Positions 17,737-25,130 of a stretch of DNA of 33,783 nt are shown here, piece by piece. How positions within the stretch are numbered: the stretch's first letter is position 1; every line of letters begins with the position of its first letter. The translations under genes were made by a program, and so were the position numbers. The DNA comes from an uncultured Desulfobacteraceae bacterium (GTDB lineage: Bacteria; Desulfobacterota; Desulfobacteria; Desulfobacterales; CAZWGD01): assembly GCA_964633235.1 (NCBI GenBank), contig CAZWGD010000001.1, positions 1 to 33,783 on the forward strand, given 5' to 3'. The notes under the pieces are model-generated. The model did no database searches. It was not told the origin of the DNA and saw nothing but the letters and a program-made list of their open reading frames with translations.

Positions 17737-18120
17737 TCACCTCCAGAGGGCATAGGCGATGACCCTTCCGCACCACACAGCGGTCAGCCCGAAAAAAACC
17801 TGGGCAGCGATATTTGCGGCGGCCAGAATGAAGGCCGAATCGCGCATCAACTCCAAGGTTTCATTTCCAAAGGTCGAAAAGGTGGTTAAGGAACCCAACA
17901 AACCGATCATTAAGAACAAACGGCTTTCAGGGCTTAGTATACCGCGGGTCTCGGCGAGATATGACAACAGACCGATAAACAGGCAGCCGATGATATTTAC
18001 TCCCAACGTACCGAAAGGAAAGCTGATGCTTTTGGAAGCCGCCTGGATCCCCCCGCTGATACCATAGCGAAGAATAGCGCCCACAAATCCACCCAATCCA
18101 ATAATAATCAGTTTCGTCAC
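17737..18120 (-). CDS. crcB: Fluoride ion channel CrcB/Fluc
   Basis: A 127-aa four-helix membrane protein with GGFVGAILRY, FPFGTLGVNIIGCLFIG and LGSLTTFSTF. It starts at GTG, preceded by GGTGGGGA. Confidence 0.9.
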   Translation of the reverse strand: MTKLIIIGLGGFVGAILRYGISGGIQAASKSISFPFGTLGVNIIGCLFIGLLSYLAETRGILSPESRLFLMIGLLGSLTTFSTFGNETLELMRDSAFILAAANIAAQVFFGLTAVWCGRVIAYALWR

Positions 18121-18320
18121 TCTTCATCCCCACCCGTATCGCAAACCGATTCCCAGGCTCAAATTCTCATAAACCGACTGCATGAACAAGGATTTCTTTC
18201 AGCAAACCCTTATTCCCATTGTTATCATGCACGATATCAAGTATGACGGTTTGCAGTGACCAAAGAGATCCCTTTATTAACGCTGCGTTGCGGCACATCG
18301 GATAAACAGGAGCCCCAGAT

Positions 18321-19478
18321 ATGAGCCATGCCTTCCAAACGCGTACCAGCACCTTTCAAAACCGTCTGGCGGAGGCCGGTATCGATACCGCGGTTATTTT
18401 CGATGCCGATAACATCTTTTATTTGTCCGCCTACTGGGGCTATCTCGGCATGCAGTTCGGCCGGCCCACCCTGCTGGTGGTCCCCGGCCAGGGCGAATGC
18501 ACCGTTATCACGCCCGGTCTGGAGGCCGAAATGGCGCAGAAAATGACGTGGATTGAGGACATCCGGGAATGGTCCGACGGCGTTGACGGCGAGTGGCGCG
18601 ATTGCCTGCAAAACACCATCGGAACGAAAAGGCGCCTTACCATCGGCGTGGAAAAAAACAGGATCCATGGGATGATTTTGGGGTATCTGAAGGCGACCTG
18701 CCCGGACGCCGCCATCGTGGATATTTCTGATATTCTGGCGGATATGCGCATGCTAAAAACCCCCCGGGAAATCGAAACCATGCACCAGGCCGGTCAGGTA
18801 TCCGTAGCCATGTGCCTGGGCGGAAAAGAGGCCATTGCCGAAGGGGTTCCGGAGTATGAGGTGGCCCTGGCGGTTATCGCCGCCGGAACACGCAAAGCGG
18901 CCGAGTTTCTGACGGATGTGGGCTCGGAGCGGCTTTTTTCACCCATGATCCATAATCTCCAGGTGCTGCAGTCCGGCGGGCCGGACCTCTCCATGGTCCA
19001 CCGCCGACCCACCGTTCGCCGGATCAAGCGGGGTGAGTCGGTGTACATGTGTTTTTGCGAGATGAACAATTTTAAAGGCTTCAAGCTGGGGTTCGACCGG
19101 CAGTACTGGGTTGGAGAGGTCTCCCGGGAAGAGGCCGATTTGTACGCCGTTGCCCTCGACGCCCAGGCGGCGGCGTTGGATGTGATACGTCCGGGCGTGG
19201 TTGCCGAGGAGGTGCATCGGGCGGCCGCCCGGGTTTATGAAGCCGCCGGGTTCGGCCTCTGCTACCGGACGGGACGGTCGGTGGGCTTTTCCCTGCTGGA
19301 AAAGCCCGAGCTGAAAGTGGGGGATCAGACGCCCCTTCAGGCCGGCATGACCTTTGCCGTGGACGGGGCGGTGTCCATACCTGAAAAGGCCGCCGCCCGG
19401 GTGGGGGATTCCATCGTGGTAACGGAAAACGGCTATGAGTATTTAACTCCCTTGCCCAAAGAGCTCCAGGTGCTGTGA
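18321..19478 (+). CDS. M24-fold (creatinase/prolidase family) hydrolase with apparently divergent metal-ligand positions
   Basis: The creatinase/prolidase N-domain pattern is RLAEAGIDTAVIFDADNIFYLS. The pita-bread C-domain has LKTPREIETMHQAG, GMTFAVDGAV and VVTENGYEYLT. Canonical ligand positions look substituted (see findings). Confidence 0.75.
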   Translation: MSHAFQTRTSTFQNRLAEAGIDTAVIFDADNIFYLSAYWGYLGMQFGRPTLLVVPGQGECTVITPGLEAEMAQKMTWIEDIREWSDGVDGEWRDCLQNTIGTKRRLTIGVEKNRIHGMILGYLKATCPDAAIVDISDILADMRMLKTPREIETMHQAGQVSVAMCLGGKEAIAEGVPEYEVALAVIAAGTRKAAEFLTDVGSERLFSPMIHNLQVLQSGGPDLSMVHRRPTVRRIKRGESVYMCFCEMNNFKGFKLGFDRQYWVGEVSREEADLYAVALDAQAAALDVIRPGVVAEEVHRAAARVYEAAGFGLCYRTGRSVGFSLLEKPELKVGDQTPLQAGMTFAVDGAVSIPEKAAARVGDSIVVTENGYEYLTPLPKELQVL

Positions 19479-19565
19479 TATCCGCTTGATCGCAAAATGC
19501 GTGCATGGGCCGCCCAAGGTGTTGATCAAGGACCGGACATGGAGGGGGGTGCCTTCTTTACGGGT

Positions 19566-20375
19566 CTAAAACCGCCTTTTGCGGTGTTTATAAATAAAGC
19601 AGTAAACGATCATGGCCAAAAACATGAGGGAAACCGACAGGCCCATGAGCTCATTCAAGACGGATCGGCGACAGTATGCACCCACGGATAACAGGAAGCT
19701 TACCACACCGAGAACAGCAATGGTTTTTGAAGAGCTGCCCCCCCTGAAAAAATAGAGTGCCAGGATTAAAAAAACCACCGCAATCCCCCCCCACTTTATC
19801 CAGGTAAAGACGTGCAGAAACACCAGCGCACCGGCAATGTCACTGCCGGCCATTTTAGCCGTAATCTTGAGCAACTGTACGTTTTCAAGCGCATCGGCCA
19901 TCAGGATGACAATCGACAGTCCGCTGCCTGCATAGTAGTGTCGCCGCCCGGTGGTTCTTGCACAGGCACGGGAAAAGAAGAACAGGAAGGAAGTATATAA
20001 AAGCATGTAAAGATAGTCCAGTCGGTTGCCGAGATCCATGGAGGCCAGCATGGTGCTGTGCTCCCGGGTGCCGGGAAAACCGAACATCCGCTCAACTTCG
20101 TCAGGTGACTGCACAAATTCAAATGCCAGTATAGGGGTGTAAAAACCCTTCATCATCCAGGCCGCCCTGGAAGGAAATACCGCCAGCAGGACGATGCTCA
20201 TCCCGGCCACCAGCAATCCCAAATAGCCGACGTTGATAAACGGCCGCTTGGCCGGAGCCCGCTTGCCATTCTTTAACTGATCTCTTTCCATACTATCCCT
20301 TATATAGTTTTGGCCCTTGAATCTCAAGCCTTCAGCTTTCCCCAGGGCAGCCGCATTTGGATTTTGAGTCGGCAT
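19566..20375 (-). CDS. Hypothetical integral membrane protein (about 6 TM helices)
   Basis: This is the long ORF in a coding-dense region, with repeated 20-aa hydrophobic stretches. I recognise no family motif. The start is uncertain. Confidence 0.55.
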   Translation of the reverse strand: MPTQNPNAAALGKAEGLRFKGQNYIRDSMERDQLKNGKRAPAKRPFINVGYLGLLVAGMSIVLLAVFPSRAAWMMKGFYTPILAFEFVQSPDEVERMFGFPGTREHSTMLASMDLGNRLDYLYMLLYTSFLFFFSRACARTTGRRHYYAGSGLSIVILMADALENVQLLKITAKMAGSDIAGALVFLHVFTWIKWGGIAVVFLILALYFFRGGSSSKTIAVLGVVSFLLSVGAYCRRSVLNELMGLSVSLMFLAMIVYCFIYKHRKRRF

Positions 20376-20432
20376 CGCCGCTACGCTTCATTCTTTCCAA
20401 ACGCGGTTGTTCTGAGGCTTTAGCCAAGACAG

Positions 20433-20461
20433 TTGACTTGCTTGCACAGCGCAGATAAATA
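20433..20461 (+). promoter_or_regulatory. Candidate sigma70-type promoter for the SagB-type gene
   Basis: TTGACT (20433-20438), a 17-nt spacer, then TAAATA (20456-20461), about 80 nt upstream of the start codon. Confidence 0.3.
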
Positions 20462-20538
20462 ATACCTATACAGGAAGCGATAAAAATATACCGGGCATCC
20501 ACGATCTCTTTTCAAGACCGTTTTGCGTTGACCTGGAG

Positions 20539-22068
20539 ATGAAAGCAGTGATTGATACCGGCGCGGCGTATCATTGGCACACCGCTTATGCCCGCTATGG
20601 CATGGAGCGGCATTTCCTTGACTGGGAAAACCAGCCAAATCCCTTTAAAGAATATGCAAGCCTTGAACCCGTCCCTCTGCCGGCTGTCTCCGGTTTTCCC
20701 CAGGAATCGCTCTGGAGCCTGGTATCCCCGCCGGCTGATCCTGCCGAACCCAAAAGACCAGGAATGGATCTGATTGCGCGACTGCTGTACCTTGCCGGGG
20801 GGCTCACCGCCAAAAGCCGGCACGCCGGCAAGGTTTTTTATTTCCGTTCCGCAGCCTCAGCCGGTGCCCTCTATCCCATTGAACTGTACCTGGGTGTTTT
20901 TAATGTTGAAGACCGGGAGCCTGGGATCTATCATTTCGGCGTTCGTGATTTCACCTTGTCCCCCATGAGACCTGGCGATTTCAGCCCGTTATCGGGAACC
21001 ATCATCCCCGCCTTGCCTGCCGCTCAGCATCCGTGCCTGTCCGTCCATCTAACCGGGATCTTTTTTAGAAGTGCCTGGAAATACCGGGCCCGGGCTTTCA
21101 GGTATGTGCTCCTGGACGGCGGCCATGTATTGGAGAACCTGCTTCTGGCCCTGGCTTCGGCGAAATTGGCCAATACCTGCCACTACGATTTCAGCGATGA
21201 AACGGTCGCGCGGTTGATCGGCCTGGATGGCCGGCGGGAAGCGGGATTGGCATGGGTCAATGTTTCCGGCGGCGCTCGGGAGACTGGAAACCTGCCGGCA
21301 ACCCGGGATCACCAGGCCCTGGATGTGTTGCCTCCCGAAATAATCTCCGCCGGCCGGGTGTCCCGCCGCGAAGTCGTTTACGACGAGATCCTGGAAGCTT
21401 ACCGGGCAGGCAAACCGAAACCAGGACCTGGCCGGATGCGGGTACGGATGTCAAAATATATCGGCGTTCGGGCCAAAACATGGATGGCCGTAGAAAAGAC
21501 GGAAGCGCACGCCGAAGAGGTGCCTTTTGCCCAGTCGATTCTGTCCCGCCGTTCCAAACGGAACTACATCAGCCAGGCCCTGCCGAAAAAGAAATACTTC
21601 CGCCTGCTTGATCTTTTGTGCCGCGCGTCCCGCAAAGACGGAGATAGTGATCCCCTTGGCTGTCTTGCCACCGGGTTGCTAACCGGCAACATTGAAGGGA
21701 TTGCTCCCGGTTTTTACCTACTAGATCCACAAGCACGGCGCTTCGGACAGGTCATTTCCGGCAACCTGGTCGATCCCATGGCGTCGGTTTGCCTGGACCA
21801 GAAATGGTTGGCCGGTGCCGCCCTGCAGGTCATGTTCCTGGCCAACCTGAAAACGCTTGACCAGCAGTACGGCGCCCGGGGCTATCGTTACGCCATGCTG
21901 AATGCCGGTCGCCTGGGCCAGCTCATCTACCTCGGCGCCACCGCTCTCGGGCTGGGATGCTGCGGCATCGGTGCCCTGTACGACACCGAGGCCCAAAAAC
22001 TCCTGGGCCTCAACCGGGACTCGGCTTTGCTTTACCTGGTGGCGGTGGGAGTGGTGAAGCGGCTGTAG
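20539..22068 (+). CDS. Tandem SagB-type dehydrogenase/nitroreductase-family protein
   Basis: The N-half has YHWHTAYARYGMERHFLDWENQPNPFKEY, RSAASAGALYPIELYL and RYVLLDGGHVLENL. The C-half has SRRSKRNY, YRYAMLNAGRLGQLIYL and LGCCGIGALYD. GTG 20548 is an alternative start with better spacing to GGAG. Confidence 0.8.
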   Translation: MKAVIDTGAAYHWHTAYARYGMERHFLDWENQPNPFKEYASLEPVPLPAVSGFPQESLWSLVSPPADPAEPKRPGMDLIARLLYLAGGLTAKSRHAGKVFYFRSAASAGALYPIELYLGVFNVEDREPGIYHFGVRDFTLSPMRPGDFSPLSGTIIPALPAAQHPCLSVHLTGIFFRSAWKYRARAFRYVLLDGGHVLENLLLALASAKLANTCHYDFSDETVARLIGLDGRREAGLAWVNVSGGARETGNLPATRDHQALDVLPPEIISAGRVSRREVVYDEILEAYRAGKPKPGPGRMRVRMSKYIGVRAKTWMAVEKTEAHAEEVPFAQSILSRRSKRNYISQALPKKKYFRLLDLLCRASRKDGDSDPLGCLATGLLTGNIEGIAPGFYLLDPQARRFGQVISGNLVDPMASVCLDQKWLAGAALQVMFLANLKTLDQQYGARGYRYAMLNAGRLGQLIYLGATALGLGCCGIGALYDTEAQKLLGLNRDSALLYLVAVGVVKRL

Positions 22069-22072
22069 AGAG

Positions 22073-22102
22073 GGCCCTAAAAGATGGCCAAAAGGGCTTT
22101 TT
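22073..22102 (+). terminator. Weak candidate intrinsic terminator after the SagB-type gene
   Basis: GCCCT, a 14-nt loop and AGGGC are followed by TTTTTT. It sits between convergent genes. The stem is only 5 bp. Confidence 0.3.
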
Positions 22103-22224
22103 TATTCGTTCTGTTAGCGGCGAATACTCCGTACTGCTTGTCCGGATTAAACCAGGCACCGCCCATTAGGATTTTGACCCTATCCATAACCGATTCATGC
22201 TTGAAGATATGCTGATACAGACGG

Positions 22225-23016
22225 TCACGGATCAATGGGTTTATGCCCGATCCAGCGACCGCTCCAGGCTACTAGAATATCAGCTATATAGGCCGCGTCT
22301 TCCCGCCTGGTGATCAGATGGTCCGCGTCATCAAGGGAAATAAAGCTCTTTGGGTGTTTGGCGGCCGCGAAGATGGTGCCGGCGTTCTCGATGCCGACGA
22401 TGGTATCCATAGGGGAATGCATCACCAAGAGGGCCTTATTAAGCGCCGTGATGCTTTGCATCTGATTCTGCCGGGAAATATCCTCAAGGAACGCCTTCTT
22501 CACGGTAAACGGGCGATCCATCAGCATGACGGTAGCTTTTCCTCTGGCTTCAATCTCACCGATCCGGCGGTCGAATAAATGGGCCACATGGGCGGGATCC
22601 GCCGGAGTGCCGATGGTGGCCACCGCCTTGACCTCCCGGATCTTGCCGGCGGCGGATAGAACCGCCGCTCCGCCAAGGCTATGGCCGATCAGGATTTCCG
22701 GTGCCCTGAGAGTAGTGCGCATATAATCTGCGGCGGCAACCACATCCGCCACGTTTGACGAGAAGGTCTGATCGGCGAAATCCCCCTCGCTCTGGCCGAG
22801 TCCGGGGAAATCGAAGCGTAGGGTGGCGATCCCCCTATCGGCGAGCCCCCTGGCGATTCGACTTGCCGCCAGCACATCCTTGGAGCAGGTAAAACAGTGG
22901 GCAAAGAGCGCGTGAGCCACCGGGGCCCCTCCGGGGTGATTCAGGCGCGCGGCCAAAACCAGGCCGTGGCTGTTTTTAAAGGTGATCCGGGTGGATCCTG
23001 AAGCTCTTGTCCTCAT
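22225..23016 (-). CDS. Alpha/beta-fold hydrolase
   Basis: The nucleophile elbow is GHSLGGAAV, with upstream FAHCFTCSKD...LRFDFPGLGQSEGDF and a C-terminal DDADHL (His). Its ATG overlaps the stop of the upstream gene (ATGA). Confidence 0.8.
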   Translation of the reverse strand: MRTRASGSTRITFKNSHGLVLAARLNHPGGAPVAHALFAHCFTCSKDVLAASRIARGLADRGIATLRFDFPGLGQSEGDFADQTFSSNVADVVAAADYMRTTLRAPEILIGHSLGGAAVLSAAGKIREVKAVATIGTPADPAHVAHLFDRRIGEIEARGKATVMLMDRPFTVKKAFLEDISRQNQMQSITALNKALLVMHSPMDTIVGIENAGTIFAAAKHPKSFISLDDADHLITRREDAAYIADILVAWSGRWIGHKPIDP

Positions 23017-23522
23017 TTTTTAATACGAATTGATTGCCAGTATTTGGCGGCCCAATAGGGATCGTCGAGGCTGGTGATCTGCACCCCCCTGCGGGTGGAT
23101 ACCTGGATAAATTTGCGGTTTTCCAGGTAGATCCCCACATGCCTGTCAAACCAGCCCGTTTTGAAGAACACCAGGTCACCGGGTTTCAGGTTCTTCTGAA
23201 AAATCCGCCTGCCGGATGTTGACTGTGACTTCGTATCCCTGGGGAGCTTGATATCAAATAATTTTTGGTAGGTGATGTATACGAAACCGGAGCAGTCAAT
23301 GCCCCTTTTGCTCAGTCCCCCGCTGCGGTACCTGACGGAGCGCCACTCCGCGAAGTGGGCGTAGAGCGCCCGTTTCACCTTTTCCGTATCGGATAGGGGC
23401 ATCGCTTCAACGGCGGCGGCGTCAGAGGGAGTGCCGATGACAATCACGGTTTTCGGACATCCGGTGAGCAGGATGGCTGCCAGCAGTACAATGGGAAAGC
23501 CTTTGGTCTTTTGTGTCAACAT
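23013..23522 (-). CDS. NlpC/P60 (C40) peptidoglycan endopeptidase lipoprotein
   Basis: The lipobox is LLAAILLTGC. The catalytic Cys context is GIDCSGFVYITY, and the downstream His context is DLVFFKTGWFDRHVGIYL. Confidence 0.85.
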   Translation of the reverse strand: MLTQKTKGFPIVLLAAILLTGCPKTVIVIGTPSDAAAVEAMPLSDTEKVKRALYAHFAEWRSVRYRSGGLSKRGIDCSGFVYITYQKLFDIKLPRDTKSQSTSGRRIFQKNLKPGDLVFFKTGWFDRHVGIYLENRKFIQVSTRRGVQITSLDDPYWAAKYWQSIRIKK

Positions 23523-24142
23523 GGCTGGAGGCCGATAATGCCCTCAATCTCTCTCAGGCTCTGAATGTGAAAATCGGCGGCCAGGTCGGTATTGCCGTAG
23601 GCAATAAAGCCTACATTCGCCCTATGGGCGGCTATCTCGTCCAGTTTGGAGTCCCCCACATAGAGCATCTCTTGCGGGTTGATGCCAAAATTCCGCAGGA
23701 TTTTAATCAACAGGTCAGGATGGGGTTTAGGGTGGACCACGTCTCCGGCAGATACAACGGCATCGAAATAGCCGGTCAACCCATGCATCTGAATGACCAT
23801 TTCGATGCTGTCGGTGCGGTTGGTGGCCACCGCTGTTTTCAAAAAAGGCCTGATACGCCGGATGAGCGGTTTGAGGTACGGTTCCATCTCCATCTCGGAG
23901 ATAAACGGAAGGTAATCCAGGGTGAGGCGATAGGCATTTACCTTTTCCATTTCGATTTTGTTTTCGAAAAGGAAGGGAATGCTCTCTTTGACCGTATGCA
24001 TGTGGATGAACCGGAACTGCTCCGGTGTCATGGCCGGCAGGTCGAAGTGGTCGAGCAGATGGTTGTAATAAGCCCGGTTCGATTGTTCGGTGTCGAACAT
24101 GACCCCGTCGCAGTCAAAGGCAATGGACTTGATACCCTTCAT
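23516..24142 (-). CDS. HAD-superfamily hydrolase (phosphatase, subfamily IA-like)
   Basis: Motif I is IAFDCDGVMFDTE, motif II is VATNRTD and motifs III/IV are K...YVGDSKLDEIAA. ATG 24142 was chosen because the longer ORF extension overlaps the upstream gene's end. Confidence 0.85.
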   Translation of the reverse strand: MKGIKSIAFDCDGVMFDTEQSNRAYYNHLLDHFDLPAMTPEQFRFIHMHTVKESIPFLFENKIEMEKVNAYRLTLDYLPFISEMEMEPYLKPLIRRIRPFLKTAVATNRTDSIEMVIQMHGLTGYFDAVVSAGDVVHPKPHPDLLIKILRNFGINPQEMLYVGDSKLDEIAAHRANVGFIAYGNTDLAADFHIQSLREIEGIIGLQPC

Positions 24143-24152
24143 AGCACCGAGC

Positions 24153-25028
24153 CTAGTCCGTGGTTTGTTGCCGGAGATCCGGTTTCTTCTGGGCTGTTTT
24201 TTGCCGGGGTGTTTGTTTAGGTGCCATGATATTCCCATGGACCCTGATCTTCAGTTTCGGCCGAATGTGGCTGTCTGTTTTTAACGTAATGGTATCGTAG
24301 TATTTCCCCAGCTTCTGCATCACGTTTTCAATGACCAAGAGATACCCGGGACCGTCTTCCGCCATCTTCCTTTCCAGGTGGAAACTGATATTGGCGCCCT
24401 TCATGGCGGTGGCTTCCAGAACGCTGAAAGGGTATTCCTTTTTGGGGATGATGGTTACGGTCTTTTTCATCAGCTTGCCCAGCCGTCCGCTCAGGTGTAC
24501 GGTTCCCGGTTTGATGATGGCAAAATTCTTCACGCTTCCAAATATGCTGAGGCGGTACTTGGCAAATCTGGCATCGTTGGTGCGTATGGAAATGCTTTTG
24601 GCCATTTTTCGGCCGCCATATCCCCTTGTATTCAGCTTGATGGCTATTTTCCCCTCGCCGCCGGGAGGGATTTGCTTCGTATAGGAAGCAACCGTGCATC
24701 CTCATCCGGTCCTGACGCCGATTACCTGAAGGTCGGCGGTGCCCCGGTTTTGAACCGCAAAACTATGCTCGATTATGGTGCCCTCCAAAACCGGCGGGAA
24801 CTCGTAGCTACTAGCCGGGAAATGTGCAGCCGGTGTCGGTTGGGAAGCGCCAGGAGCCTGGTGCTCAGATGATTCAACGGCGCTATCATCAGCCCGGGCC
24901 GTGTTTTCAGATGCGGAAGGCAAGGTGTCGTCGGAGCGGGCGACGGTTATCCCGGTCCCGGGAAACACGGCTGTCCAGGCCAGAATGGCGGCATAGAGCA
25001 GACAAAGAGAAAAACGCTTCGTGGGCAT
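24153..25028 (-). CDS. Secreted DUF1573-domain protein, candidate selenoprotein (in-frame TGA at 24702-24704 read as Sec; 291 aa)
   Basis: ORFs 24702..25028 and 24153..24605 share one frame, and the 32 codons between them are open. The read-through sequence FPPVLEGTIIEHSFAVQNRGTADLQVIGVRTG-U-GCTVASYTKQIPPGGEGKIAIKLNTRG matches the DUF1573 pattern, with the TGA at the first Cys of the SCGCT motif. AAGGAG lies 9 nt before ATG 25028, and an N-terminal signal peptide is present. Confidence 0.7.
24668..24701 (-). promoter_or_regulatory. Candidate SECIS-like hairpin immediately 3' of the in-frame UGA
   Basis: The mRNA reads UGA-GGAU-GCACGG-UUGCUUC-CUAUAC-GAAGCAA-AUCC. A perfect 7-bp upper stem (24685-24691 with 24672-24678) is closed by a 4-bp lower stem (24698-24701 with 24668-24671). 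The apical loop starts 17 nt after the UGA. Confidence 0.45.
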
Positions 25029-25063
25029 GCTTCTATACTCCTTTTAAAAGGGGATTAAACCGA

Positions 25064-25091
25064 AACCCGCCGAATGCGGGTTGTCTTTTTT
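25064..25091 (+). terminator. Terminator-like hairpin with its T-tract on the plus strand
   Basis: AACCCGC-cgaat-GCGGGTT forms a perfect 7-bp stem, followed by gtcTTTTTT. Both flanking genes are on the minus strand, where the hairpin is followed only by UCGGUUUAAU. Confidence 0.4.
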
Positions 25092-25130
25092 CTAGGGTAT
25101 CTAGTTTATACCCTGATCTTTTTCCAGGAT

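Noticed and set aside
17261-17755. A 164-aa plus-strand ORF.
   Set aside because: It is antisense to the DUF190 gene, whose family pattern and coupling to crcB are clear.
20376-20390. An in-frame TGA five codons upstream of the membrane-protein ATG (19566..20375), checked as a second possible Sec site.
   Set aside because: The upstream translation (SWLKPQNNRVWKE) looks non-coding. No hairpin or family motif supports an extension.
23513-24220. A 235-aa plus-strand ORF.
   Set aside because: It is antisense to the HAD hydrolase gene, which carries all HAD motifs (DxDG, T, K, GDSxxD).
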